Positions 1 to 12,765 are shown, counted from the whole stretch's first letter. The stretch: DNA of 63,999 bases, filler included, from Octopus bimaculoides (GCF_001194135.2; 7 parts of 7 records of this genome joined end to end with filler, not necessarily neighbours in it), one strand, 5' to 3'. Program-made: numbers and translations. The notes: generated by a model not told the origin, from the letters alone.

Positions 1-36
<36 letters not shown>

Positions 37-75
37 CGTATACATACGCACACGTATATGGATGTACACATGACA

Positions 76-136
76 AAGTTACCATTGGTTTCACGTCTAT
101 CATTGCTCTTAGCAATATAGGTAGCCCATCAGACCC
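76..136 (-). ncRNA. Degenerate type I hammerhead-ribozyme-like motif (core CUGAUGG, A9G)
   Basis: Minus strand reads GGGT-CTGATGG-gctac CTAT ATTGCT aag AGCAAT g ATAG acgt-GAA-ACC aat GGT-A-ACTT: long stem II, 3-bp stem III, GUA triplet, wobble stem I. Homologous to 42580-42641. Confidence 0.5.
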
Positions 137-189
137 GCTGGCCGGAGGTACATAGCCCCTTTACTAATAAAGATAAGACTACGAACAAA

Positions 190-360
190 TCGACCCTGTG
201 GACTCCTTCGACGTGATGGTGGGAGCATTTGTAGCACAGATATCTACGACCTCATAGAATGATATATCCTGGATACTTTAACGAAGAGATTCTCGTCAGT
301 TCATTTTGGTCTATACAGAGATGACGCTTTAGACATCTCTAGAGGCGAAAACAAGCACAG
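190..360 (+). mobile_element. Penelope-like element reverse transcriptase fragment (pseudogenised)
   Basis: Manual translation gives FDVMVGAF (207-230), frameshifted DIYDLIE*YILDTL, then GLYRDDALDI (308-337). Same motif order as the PLE RT at 53976-54881 (FDITIGS..DLVGLYIL..GLYRDDAL). Confidence 0.75.
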
Positions 361-586
361 CCCGTATTGCACATAGATTTACGAATAAGAATACGCTTGT
401 GTGAGACGTGAAATTTGTATTTCGATGACCCTTAGTTCGATTGTTGGGATATCAGTAAAGAGTTTTATCGTCTTGTACTACACAAAAGACAGTTCTCTTT
501 AACGATGTCTTATTGAAAAGCCGGTTTCTGTGGTAAAGGATTTCAATCATAAATGTTATCCTTTTGCGTGGGATTTCGCAAAAATA

Positions 587-652
587 TTCCTACTATAGTC
601 TCGGATAGACCAAAGATTTATGAGTGAAATTGGGTTGCCAGGAACAAACTGG
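587..652 (+). mobile_element. SINE family A head fragment
   Basis: tcctactatagtctcggatagaccaaagatttatgagtgaaattgg resembles cttctactatagcctcgggccgaccaaagccttgtgagtggatttgg in the full copies. Confidence 0.45.
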
Positions 653-740
653 AAACCCATTGGATGAACTATAAATGATTTTAGGTGGTAGGCATAATAC
701 ATTGCTTGATTTATTACGCCACAACGACATTTTAGGCGAG

Positions 741-795
741 AAATCTCTCCTGAAGATCGCAGTGGTGTGAAACCAGAGTCGCAAGAGAAAGATTC
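741..795 (+). ncRNA. Type I hammerhead ribozyme candidate, intact core, followed by AATAAA (PLE pseudo-LTR-like)
   Basis: AAATCTCTC-CTGAAGA(750-756)-TCGC agtg GTGT-GAA-AC caga GT-C(780)-GCAAGAGAAAGATT. Stem I arms are complementary with bulges; AATAAA at 802-807; downstream of a PLE RT fragment on the same strand. Confidence 0.6.
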
Positions 796-893
796 AGTTT
801 CAATAAACCTATAAAAATCTTTCTTCTCATTTATTTGACGTAATTCAACTTCCTTCATTTTTCTCTCCACTTCTCTGTCTGTCTGTCTGTCTG

Positions 894-929
<36 letters not shown>

Positions 930-988
930 GTCTGTCTGTCTGTCTCTTTCTCTCTGTCTCTCTCTTTCACACTCATCATGTATTATTT

Positions 989-1034
<46 letters not shown>

Positions 1035-1094
1035 CCTTCTATCATTTCACTCATCCTCCCTCTCTTTTTATCATTCTTTATCTACTCTGTACAT

Positions 1095-1161
<67 letters not shown>

Positions 1162-1551
1162 CAGGCGTTGTCATTTTATAATCTTCTTTCTCTCACTAAT
1201 TTCTCTTAATACCTCTCACCCCTTCACCTCAACTACAGACACACACAACATCAACAACACACACACACACAAACTCATGCATGCGCACAGACATACGCAC
1301 GCACGCACGCACACATGTACACACATACACACGCACGCACGCGCACCTCCCCACATACGCACACATCCATACATCCATTATTTCACACATATATATATAA
1401 TTTTTGTATGTCTTCCGCATATAATCCTGGCTTTTGTTTCGTGATAAGGAGCTGTTCACGTTGGTCCGAATTCCTTATATTTTATTATTGTTGGCCACCA
1501 GAAAGGCATTAACATCACTGGGAAATGGCGAAATGATACTGTGAACACATG

Positions 1552-1595
<44 letters not shown>

Positions 1596-1614
1596 CATAC
1601 ATTTGACATATATT

Positions 1615-2948
1615 CGAAGGTGAGTCAAAAATGAATGCCATTTTCTTTATTTCATGTGAATTTTTTATAGAAATAACTGAAAAGTTTCCCAGTTATAAAT
1701 GATTATATCATTTACGTTCTGAAATATTTTGTCTCTTACTTTTCAGGTTTTTAGACTGGTAAGGAAAATTCAAAATGGCTGCCCATAGAGTTATGTCAAA
1801 AACACAGCACAGTGATTTCTTGTTGGTGAGGGGGAAACCCCTGTGACCATTCACTGACGATTACAAAAAGTCTATGAGGACAATACTTTAGATCATAGCA
1901 ATGCATGCAGGTGGGTCCGTCGTCTGAAAGATGAAAAGGTGGGAACTGTGAGTGTAGCCAATAAACCCTGTTCTGGCCGTCCGTCCGTCCACTTCTGTGA
2001 ATCCTGCCAATAAAGCAAAAGCAGATGCTCTGATCAGAGAAGACAAGCGCATAACTCTTGATGAGTTGGCAGAAAACCTTGAAGCGAGCCATGGAAGTGC
2101 TTACAGCACTGTCGAATCACTTGGCTTTTCAAAAGTGTGTGCCCGTTGGGTACCGAGAGAGCTGACTACCGAAAGCAAGACTGACAGGGTCAATGCCTGC
2201 ACTGAACTTCTCGAACAAAGTCAAAGAGACAACACCTTCTCCCGAAGGCTCGTAATAGGTGATGAAATATCGGTTCATCATTATGAACCGGAATTAAAGA
2301 GGCAGTAAATGGAATGGCGCCACTCTACGTCACCACCACCGAAAAAGTTCAAGACGTAAAAGTCAGCTGGAAAAATCATGGTGACTGTCTTTTGGGATGC
2401 TCAAGGTGTCATTCTGGCCGAATTTTTGCCAAAAGGAAAATCAATAAACTCTGAGGCCTACATTGAGACCCTGATGAGGCTCAGAGCAAGAATCCGACGA
2501 GTAAGTCCCAATTTACCAATCGACAATGTCCTCCTTCTGCATGACAATGCTCGACCACACACAAGCATCAAGACAAGGGAGACAATCACCTCATTCAGGT
2601 GGACAACTTTACTGTATCCTCCATACTCAGCAGATTTAGCGTGTTCGGACTATCATCTCTTCGGCCCCATGAAAGAGGGTTTGAGAGGCAAACATTATTC
2701 CAGTGACGAGGAAGTGAAAACTGTATTGAAGTAGTGGCTCAAAGAAGTGTCAACAGAATTTTACGGGCCAGGGATACATGTTCTCATTCGAAGATGGAAC
2801 ATTGCTATTGAGAGAAATGGTGACTATGTTGAGAAGTAGGGATGTGATCCACAGAGGACCAGCTTCATTTTGATGTATGATACATGTTCCTGTGTTGATA
2901 ATTATACCTGTCCTAAACAAAACTGCATTACTTTTTGACTCACCCACG
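1615..2948 (+). mobile_element. Full-length mariner (Tc1/mariner, DD34D) DNA transposon, inactivated
   Basis: 30-bp TIRs at 1615-1644 and 2919-2948 (24/30 match), TA-repeat flanks, internal transposase remnant. Confidence 0.93.
1775..2839 (+). pseudogene. Mariner transposase pseudogene
   Basis: ATG at 1775; motifs WVPREL, VIGDE, HDNARPH, YSADLACSDYHLF with exactly 34 residues between the 2nd and 3rd catalytic D; ends ERNGDYVEK* at 2839. In-frame stops (2306-2308, 2732-2734) and a disrupted N-terminus. Confidence 0.92.
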
Positions 2949-3022
<74 letters not shown>

Positions 3023-3151
3023 TGTGTGTATGTGTGTGTATGTGTGTGTATGTATGTACATACACACACATATATATGAATATATGTGAGTGTGTGTGTG
3101 TAGTGATTTATGTATATACACACATATATCTGATACATATGGGTCTGTGTA

Positions 3152-3183
<32 letters not shown>

Positions 3184-3337
3184 TCTATCTATCCATGTGC
3201 ATGTGTATGCGTGTGTGCACTCAGACATATAAAATTAGAATCTCCTAGAAACTATATCACATTTTTGGCCTGGCCTACTAACTTCGGTGAAGCCATGCCT
3301 ACACAAACACCAGCACAAACCACACACACACACACAC

Positions 3338-3379
<42 letters not shown>

Positions 3380-3544
3380 TACATATAATCTTTTTCATTT
3401 AACAATATAATCAATGAAATGATGGCGTCACGTAAATATTTTTCGCTTGGCTCATTGAATCCTATAAAGCCGTACCTTTTCACTCACACATACACATGTA
3501 TGTGTGTATACATATATCATTTAATGACACGAGAGGCATATATA

Positions 3545-3634
<90 letters not shown>

Positions 3635-3696
3635 TTAAGAATAAAATCTATTAAACGTTTTCGTCACCAAAATATTTTACTCTATCACAAACACAG

Positions 3697-3867
3697 GCAC
3701 GACATGATTCTGTGGTTAAGAAGTGCGTTTCGAAATCAAGTCATTTTGTTTGCTTCGGTCTTAAAGTGCACCTACATTGGGCGAATGTTTTGTGCTATAA
3801 TCCAGCTACTACTTTGAGAGTGAATTTGCCGGACGGATACTGAAAAATATAAATAACCATTTGCTCT

Positions 3868-3901
<34 letters not shown>

Positions 3902-4330
3902 CAAACTCGTATATCCCTTCATGGATTAGTAGTCATTTTGAGCCTTGATTTAAGAATGCAACTGCCCATTTACACACACACACTCACACGCATGAATATA
4001 TGTATGTATATATATACATATATACATACATGAATACATACACACACAAACGCACACACACATACATTCATGCATACACACAAACAGACACACATATATA
4101 CATACATAGACATGCATACAAACACATATGTTTGAATATATATATATCTCTTGACAACCAATGTTGGTGTATTTATGTCCTCGTAACTTAGCGGTTCAAC
4201 AAAAGAAACCGATAGAATAAGTACTAGGCTTACAAAGAGTAAGTTATGGGTGTCGATTTCTTCGACTAAAGGCGTTGCTCTAGCATGGCCGCAGTCAAAT
4301 GACTGAAACAAATAAAATAATAAAAGAAAC
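3697..4330 (+). mobile_element. tRNA-derived SINE family A, diverged, with expanded internal TA/CA microsatellite
   Basis: Degenerate head at ~3700-3850; recognisable body at 4148-4330 (cttgacaacc..gtaacttagcggttc..gatagaataagtactaggcttacaaag..gcatggccgcagtcaaatgactgaaac). Confidence 0.65.
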
Positions 4331-4756
4331 AAGAATATACCTCTATGCGTCTGTTTTTGCTCATCTACCAGCCTTTTCATTGTGGCTACGCAAAATCTGT
4401 TTTAATACTTACACATCTCTAAGCATACAAAACAACATTAAAAACGTTTAAGTAATCCGTTTAACCAACAAATGTCCAATTGGAATAAAACGTCCATTTC
4501 AGTTGTACTAAGGTACAGTTATCTCCCATGTAATATTTCCATGGGAAGTAACTCCATTACACGAGTTGTCTCCCCACATAAACTTTTGGGTTATCACATT
4601 TTCTGCGTATACACTGTCTATGCATCCCTGGGAAACGTTTTAGAACCCTCATATGTTACTAACTAACGTTTATGCGGATTGCTATAAATGTCCCTGGAAG
4701 AGTAGCAACACAGGCACTGTTGAAAGAATGCGCATGATAATCAATAATCTGCAATA

Positions 4757-5080
4757 TATAGCAAAATCGCGATGCACGAACTTTCTCAGATGCTTACTTC
4801 TTCAAACATTTCCCGGTTGGTCAAGGTAGGATTTTCACGGATCACAGTAAATTCTTTTGCAATGAGAACATCATCCATTGTTGTAGAAGTTTAACCAGAT
4901 TTGAAAATCGTCTTTGCTTGATATTATTCTCAATTTGAAGCATTGGTAAAATTTGTGACATTGTATACAGCTCAGACAATCTTCTTCATAAACCTGTTGC
5001 AATTGTTATGTCAGGCTTAACGTAAAATTCCATTGCAAACGAATTTTATAATAAATTTTATTCCAATTTTAACATTGAGC
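4757..5080 (-). mobile_element. Mariner transposase N-terminal (HTH) fragment, second lineage
   Basis: Minus translation with frameshifts: MEFYVKP..QQVYEEDCLSCIQCHKFYQCFK..SG*TSTTMDDV..VIRENPTLTNREMFEEVSI*ESSCIAIL, matching the mariner DNA-binding-domain pattern. Confidence 0.7.
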
Positions 5081-5128
5081 CTCTCTCTATCATTAAATAT
5101 ACTGCTGCTATTATTAAAGGTTTTAGAG

Positions 5129-5337
5129 AAGGCGGCGGGCTGGCAGAATCTTTAGCATGCCGGGCGAGATGCTTAGCGGTATTTCGTCCGTCTTCACGTT
5201 CTGAGTTCAAATTCCACCGCTGCTGACTCTGTCTTTCACCCTTCCGGGATCGATACAATAAGTACCAGTCGGGGTCAATGTCATCAAACTTAAACCCTTC
5301 TCCAGAAATTGCTGGCCTTGTGCCAAAATTTAAAACC
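5129..5337 (+). mobile_element. tRNA-derived SINE family B
   Basis: aaggcggcgggctggcagaatc head, B-box-like gagttcaaattcc, central cgatacaataagtaccag..ggggtcaat, tail ggccttgtgccaaaatttaaaacc; many homologues in the window. Confidence 0.85.
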
Positions 5338-5699
5338 AATACTAATTCTCCGGTTTGTTGGAAGTAGACATCTACATTTGTCTAAACTTCCAGCATTATT
5401 TTATTATAGATAGTGTAACAACTGACAACCAATGTTAGATTGTTAGTTACATATGATACAATGAAACACAGAACGGATCCCAAAATGGTGCCTGGTAGTC
5501 ACCAATTAGTCTTTGGTATGTCATGCGCCCTTAGGCTCATAAGACCGAAAGTTAACCTGGTATCCTTGGCGTATACATAACTGAGATTACAACAATCCCT
5601 CTTGAACGGAACGTCAGCCCAGCGCAGGGTAAACGTCCCAGCTATTGCTGGAACGCATCTACAACTAAATGAACTACAGGTGCTTTCCTTCAAGATTGT

Positions 5700-5830
5700 A
5701 AATACCAAGAGCAACTTTAGAATTGACAAATCTAAATTATCGATTTTAATTTCTCTGACAATAAATCTTTCTGAAAGGGATCAGCAAGCTCTAAACAAAG
5801 CTTTATCTCTCAATTATCCATCACTATGGA
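5700..5830 (+). mobile_element. Possible Penelope-like ORF N-terminal fragment
   Basis: INLSERDQQALNKALSL resembles the NLS..L...E..vL.kGLnF pattern upstream of PLE RTs; weak, short match. Confidence 0.25.
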
Positions 5831-6142
5831 AACTGTTGCTATTTACTGCTCCTATTAGTTCCTGTGGTTATGAGATTTAGAAATCATTAATGAATTGTTT
5901 TGCAAGTATTAATATAAAGAAGACATTCTGAGAAAATATTTGATAGGATAGTTATGGTGACTTTAAGAACCACACTATTTTATGTAAAGGTAACTTGTTT
6001 CATGATTACATGGGAGAATCTGCACTCTTGCGCCGCTGTACTCTTGCCCTTGCTCGAGCTGTTAGAAAAGAAACTCCCAAATCATTCCCCAAAATCAGAA
6101 AAAAACCCTACTGTCTAGGAAAAAGAAGTTGGATAATGAGGT

Positions 6143-6370
6143 TTAACACTTAAGTATTCAGATTACTTTGTCAAATGTAATGATTATATATCCAAATTAT
6201 TTTGAATTAATCATGTATTACATTGTAGCTTCGGAATTTTGAGGATGTGGTTGTTTATCTTCAGAAAGACATTGTAGGTTATGTGCAAGAGGCTGAATCT
6301 GGCCAGTTTGAACATAAAACAAAGTACAGTATTTGGGCCTGATATGGCCGGTTTGAATGCAAAAGCTTAA
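6143..6370. mobile_element. Degenerate MITE with TTAA flanks (piggyBac-like non-autonomous element)
   Basis: TTAA at 6143-6146 and 6367-6370 bounding degenerate short TIRs (cacttaagtattc / gaatgcaaaagc). Family assignment partly from recall. Confidence 0.4.
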
Positions 6371-6884
6371 GATGCATTATGTGTGACACTAAGAGAAGAG
6401 ACTAATGATTTGCTTCCCTTTGATATGAGTTAACTAGGGTGTGGGTATTAGATAAGAAAATCGAGTAAAAAAAACAATGAACAATACATCTGAAGCAAAG
6501 ATTTAATACTTGTATTTAAGACGTATCTTAGAAAAGCATGAAAAACAAACTGTAAAAACAAGAGAAAATAACAAAAAACAAATGGTATGTTTTTCTGAAC
6601 AGTTGATATTTATTAGTATATAAAATATTTAATTTGTCAATTTATATTTTAAATAATAACAATCTTCGATTATTTTTTGGCGTATGAGTATAGATATATG
6701 TTTGAAAAAAGGAAAAAAAAACACTTTTACCAATATACACAAAGTTACATACACACATATTGGTACATATTCATAAACACACATATACACACACATATAT
6801 ACATGCATGCATACACACACACAAATATATACATGTACAAACACACATATACACACACATATATACATGCATACACACACACAA

Positions 6885-6917
<33 letters not shown>

Positions 6918-7764
6918 CACACACACACGTAAGCAGTCATTGTTTTCGATCATGACTTTCTGACGGTAATGCTTGCTACCATACTAGTATCACGCTCTGT
7001 CGGGTAAACCCTTCCAATGTGAAACAATGGAGACATGGAGCGGTAGATTTACATCCATGGACAACCGCTCGTATTTGATAACAAAAATTTGCTCAAGACT
7101 GCGTCTTGTAGAAGAACTTTGATTTGCTGATACGCAGGCCGCTAAGATCAGAGAAGACAGATCTATGATCTACACGTGCACGAATGTACATCTGCATACA
7201 TATATAGACGAATACATACATAAACAGAAACAGACACACATGTATGTGCGTATATATATGTGTATATGCGTATATATATGTGTATATGCGTGCATATCTG
7301 CTCAAACACATATATAATATCAAACAATTACAAAAATGGGACAAATTAAATATTTGAGTGACACGTCTTTATTAATGATAATATAAAAGAAACAAAAACG
7401 GCAAAAATATTAATTAATAAGCTAGTATTGTACAAAAATAGAGTTCTGTATATTGAACATAACGTGAGCACTGAATACGTAAGCGATAAAATATACGGTG
7501 GAGCGAAAGAGAAATATTATAATCATACACTTGTTACCTATTTCGATTTTTCCTTATATGAAAAATCACTTGAAAATCTCCCGACTATTAATGCTATAGT
7601 AGATGATTGTTTTCTTTTTGTGATATGAGGCCATAAATGATCTTCTAAGTGTTTTATAATAAAATGAAAAAAAACAAAAACAAAAAAAACCATGAACGTT
7701 TTCTATATGCCTTATATATATTCGTAAATACATGAAAAATATATAAATATCTTGACTCACTGCT

Positions 7765-8288
7765 ATATATATATATATATAGATATATATATATGTATAT
7801 ATATACATACATATATATATACAAATATATATTATATACATATATATACATATACATATGTACATACATACATATCTATACATATACATACATATCTATA
7901 CATACAGATACATACATACGTATATATACACATATATATATATACATACATGCAAATACATACATACATATATATACATATATATACAAACATATGCATA
8001 TATATATATACATATATACCTATATATATATACATACATATATATACATATATACCTAGATATACATATAAATATATATATACATATATACCTATATATA
8101 TATACATACATATATATACATATATACCTAGATATACATATAAATATATATATACATATATACAAACATATATATATATATATATACATACATATATACA
8201 AACATATATATACATATATATATACATATATACATACATATATACAAACATATATACAAACATATATATATATACATACATATATACA
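7765..8288. repeat. Compound TA/TACA microsatellite with higher-order ~60-bp repeats
   Basis: Only A/T/C-rich (TATA/TACA)n; units such as tatatacctagatatacatataaata recur. Confidence 0.9.
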
Positions 8289-8388
8289 NNNNNNNNNNNN
8301 NNNNNNNNNNNNNNNNNNNNNNNNNNNNNNNNTTAATTAATTAANNNNNNNNNNNNNNNNNNNNNNNNNNNNNNNNNNNNNNNNNNNN
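8289..8388. other. Artificial scaffold linker N44-TTAATTAATTAA-N44
   Basis: Exact 100-nt construct; palindromic 12-mer at 8333-8344 puts stops in all six frames; repeated six times. Confidence 0.97.
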
Positions 8389-8415
8389 TATGTATACACT
8401 TATATATATTTGTAT

Positions 8416-8469
<54 letters not shown>

Positions 8470-8757
8470 ACACACACATACACACTGTGTGAGTGACAGA
8501 CAAACTGTAGTGTTTGTAGTATTCTATACTCCCCATCTTCTGATCGATATCAGATAAACAAAAGTAAGTAGCAACACTTCACAAGCCACTGGAGCAAGAC
8601 CGACCAGTGAGAACATAACAGACGTAGAAACTTGTATGTACCTTCACTACAGACACACGCGCAGGCGCACACTCGAACAAACACAAACACATTCAGACTT
8701 ATACACATGGCTATGTACAGCAAGACATACATTCATATATCTATCAAACTATTTATA

Positions 8758-8797
<40 letters not shown>

Positions 8798-9048
8798 GGT
8801 GTGTGTGTGTGTGTGTGTGTGCCTACAATCAGACATGCAGCCTGAATGTTTTTGAAACAAAAACCAATAAAATTGCTTTAACATAATTATATATTGTGAC
8901 ATATATACATACGTATAAACAGGCAAATAATCTACACCCCCAACCACCTACGCACAAACATACACATATAAATATGTGCATATGTATATATGTGTCTATA
9001 CATTGGTGCACACACATATGCAGGTATCTTATACACACGCGCACATGC

Positions 9049-9093
<45 letters not shown>

Positions 9094-9311
9094 ATAAGGA
9101 TGCGATTTCTTGTCATAGCAGAAACATTTTAATGGGGAAAGGGAGCTCTATAAATATGTTACTAATCAGATTTAGAAGAAATATACTATAATTTTTACAA
9201 TTTTTTATAATTCATATAATTTATATAATTTCATCTTCTAGAAAGAACTTGAAAATTATATCCATCTATCGATCTTTCTATCCGACATTTTATCTATCTA
9301 TCAATCTATCA

Positions 9312-9365
<54 letters not shown>

Positions 9366-9511
9366 TTATCTGTTTATCTATCTATCTATTTACCTATCTA
9401 TCTATCTGCCTGTCTGACTGTCCGCCTATCTATTTCTTTGTTTGTCTGTCTGTCTGTCACGATATGTATATGTGAGTGCGATGTATGTATGTGTGTGTAT
9501 ATACGCACACA

Positions 9512-9560
<49 letters not shown>

Positions 9561-11599
9561 ATATATATATATAAATGTATGTATGTATCTATCTATATAT
9601 ATACATATATATACATCTATACAAACACAGAAATATATATACATATGTAGATACAGACGTACATAATTGCGTTACATATACTTACGTACAAGCATACACA
9701 CCTGCATGTATACATACATACATACATACATACATGCATACATGCATACATACATACATACATACATACATAGAAACTCTTCCGGTGGCACTTTCGAAAC
9801 AACCGCCTGAATGTATCATGTGACAATGTAAACCTAGACATTACCCATAAATTTACTTTGATGTGTATGCCCTCTAGGTTTATGTTTTCCTTTATCAATA
9901 TCTATAGAAATTTTAAGGTTTCTTATTGAATTATATTAGCTTCAAAATAGCACTGCATTTTCCCAATTGCTTTAACTTGTTTCTTTCATATTATCGGAAT
10001 AATAATTGAAAAATGTTACCAAAAAAATATATCCATGCGTATATGTTAAGAATTAGTAGTATTTATCCAAGAAAAATACCAAAATACCAGTGATGTTCTC
10101 TGTTGAGACAAAATATTTTCTTCCTTCCTTTCATATGCGTAATTATAAAACGTAAAACGTAGGAAAATGTTTTCGCAATTTCTATATTCTTCTGATGTTT
10201 GAACATTATAAGAAACACTTCTATTCTAAATGTAATAACGACTTGAATGTTGGAAAAGATGCATGCAAGTGCCTTGGTTAAGAGAAATGTTACAAGTTAG
10301 CAAAGATTCTCAAAGTTAACAAAAACGTTCAACAGAAATCACGAACGGATTTATACATAATACCACAAAGTTTCACGGTTACAGAGATGTTTGTGGTTAA
10401 TAGCAATGTAACGGATCATAGTAGTAAAATAAACTCAATGTACAGAAGAATGTCCAGTAGAGGGAGTAAAAATGGTGATGAGGTTTAACAAGAGTTTTGA
10501 AAGGAAAAACTGTTTTCATCTCATTCGTGATCTTATGATATGAGCTTCAGGTTTAAAAGTGAGTGATATAAATTAAAAACAACCATTAAAATTTGCTGTT
10601 AATTTACGTTTAAAACAGCAGCTGAATGCCGAATTGTTTTTACTAAATTCTCTATAATTTTTTTTTTATATATAATTAATAGAAAGAAAGATGGTGTATT
10701 TCAATGAAAATTTGTTAATAAATGTGTTAATATTAATTACATGGTCACTAAATGTAATACTCTTATAATATTAAGATTTGGGGATTTTGGTTTGCCCGGG
10801 TCGTTTCCGTGTTCCACCCAATAGGTAATCTGCCAATGTCATTGGTGAAAAATATTGTGTATGTGAGTTTATGTGCCAATTACAAACAGAAAGAGAGACA
10901 CTCCACTTGTATTCAATCATACTTTTATTTTGGCACCGAGGATAGCTTCTGTAAAGCATTGATAAAGATTCTTGGTATTGCTTTGTCGAGGGATTGTTTA
11001 CTTCGGACATTTTGGCCGTGAAAAATTATGCTGCCCTAATTATCATACAAAGAGGTGATCGCTCAATTAAATATCAGCAATCGATGTTTCTTTTTGAACA
11101 AGATGAAAACGGCAGCTGTATGAAGTTAAGCAGATTTGTTCTTTTATTCTATTAGCCAAGAATATATCGTCCGTGATAGTATGAACATCTCTGATAAGAT
11201 GTGATGCTTTGTCCTCTCATTAAATATGAAACACAGTTGGCACTTATGGAAATTGTAGATATTCATTGCCCCATACCTGGTGTTTGGTGTTGCCTACCGC
11301 CTGTACAGGTATATCGGTATAAGCCATTTTCTATGTTGATAATTCAGCTGTAAAAGTTAAGAACAGTGATTCCAGATAATTGTTGTTATTATTAATGTTC
11401 TTACGTTACAGCTAGGTGTCGCGGAAGAAACCTCTTTCTCCTGTTGCTTAAGACACTCATATTGGCAGTATTTCAAGCGTGTATCCAGCATTTTACATTT
11501 GGCAGTATTTTATAGTGAATGCTGCTGCAGTTGCTCAAGACGGTTTGGCTATCAGACAAATTATACTATAATACTAAGTATTGCTTCGAGGATCAAGCG

Positions 11600-11745
11600 C
11601 TGTGAAGACACCTTTCATCCAGTGATCAATATGTGTACTGGATGTTCTTGCTATTTATACGCTCAGATCAATTCTGATTAACCATATCTCTGATGTCTCT
11701 GATCAAAAGGTTTCCAGTTACAAATATCTCGGCACATATTCGTGG
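11600..11745 (+). mobile_element. Possible old LINE RT fragment
   Basis: gtttccagttacaaatatctcggc translates VSSYKYLG, like the V..(F/Y)KYLG motif after the RT YADD; upstream very degenerate. Confidence 0.25.
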
Positions 11746-12673
11746 TTTTACATATAATCAATAAAAAATTATCAATAATTCGCGATCCACGTCACCCTTA
11801 TAGATTTGTTTCTTTTCCATTCGAAACTATTCTATTGCTCTTAGATTGATTATAAATTTCATCAAAACACGAAATGCCACAGAAGGTCGTTGAAACTAAC
11901 TTTAGCGTCAAGAAATTAGACCTTGTTAAAATGTAACACATTGATTATTTTTCCCTGAACCAATAATATTATCATTGGTTTTCATTTCTTCTGTGCTCTT
12001 TCTGTCAAGTAATCCTTTTTCCTCGTTAACTGCTTTATATATTTATGTATATTTTATAATGAAATATTTCATATCTTTCGACATTATTTTCCAATTATTT
12101 TTAAAAACGATTTTTTAATAATTATTTTCCAAAAATCCATACTAAAATGGTTGAGATGATTCTGTTAGCACAGCGCTTTGTTTGAATTCTTGGAGCAGGA
12201 ATTCTATACAGTTGAGTGATGATTTTCCTTCTCAATTAAAGCAAATCATTCAACTGTGATGTGGGAGTGGCATCAATTTTCACATTGTGTTGATTTAGTG
12301 GAATCGATGATTTTTTTTTTTTACCTATTTATTTGTTTTTCCTCTAAGAGGTACCAACAATCATCAATTAGAATGTTCCTATGCTAAGATTTTATATTTT
12401 TCACACAAAAGCTCATAATTAACTGCACAGGTATTAATTCACAAAACTCTTTCATTCACAGATTTGGTGCACATACATACATACACTCAAGCATGCACAC
12501 ATATATGTGTGTGTGTGTAATGCAAATATATACATGTATATACATATACATATATATATATATATATATGTTTGTGTGTGCGTATATATGTATATATATG
12601 CATATATATATACGTGTGTGTTAGTGCGTGAAGGTAACTGTGCGTGTGCGTGTACATGTAATCAAGCAAACAA

Positions 12674-12765
<92 letters not shown>

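Noticed and set aside
7752-8340. His/Thr/Tyr/Ile or Cys/Val-rich ORFs throughout the window
   Set aside because: Translations of (CA)n, (TA)n and (TACA)n repeats.
8333-8344. TTAATTAATTAA as a conserved homeodomain-type regulatory motif
   Set aside because: Always centred between exactly 44 N on each side; an artificial linker.
8514-8562. Short candidate exon between tttgtag and gtaagt
   Set aside because: Only one short open frame (ILYSPSSDRYQINK) with no recognisable homology or partner exons.
10771-11450. Complex-looking sequence with short ORFs as a host gene
   Set aside because: Stops in all frames, no recognisable domain or clear splice pair; probably old repeat.
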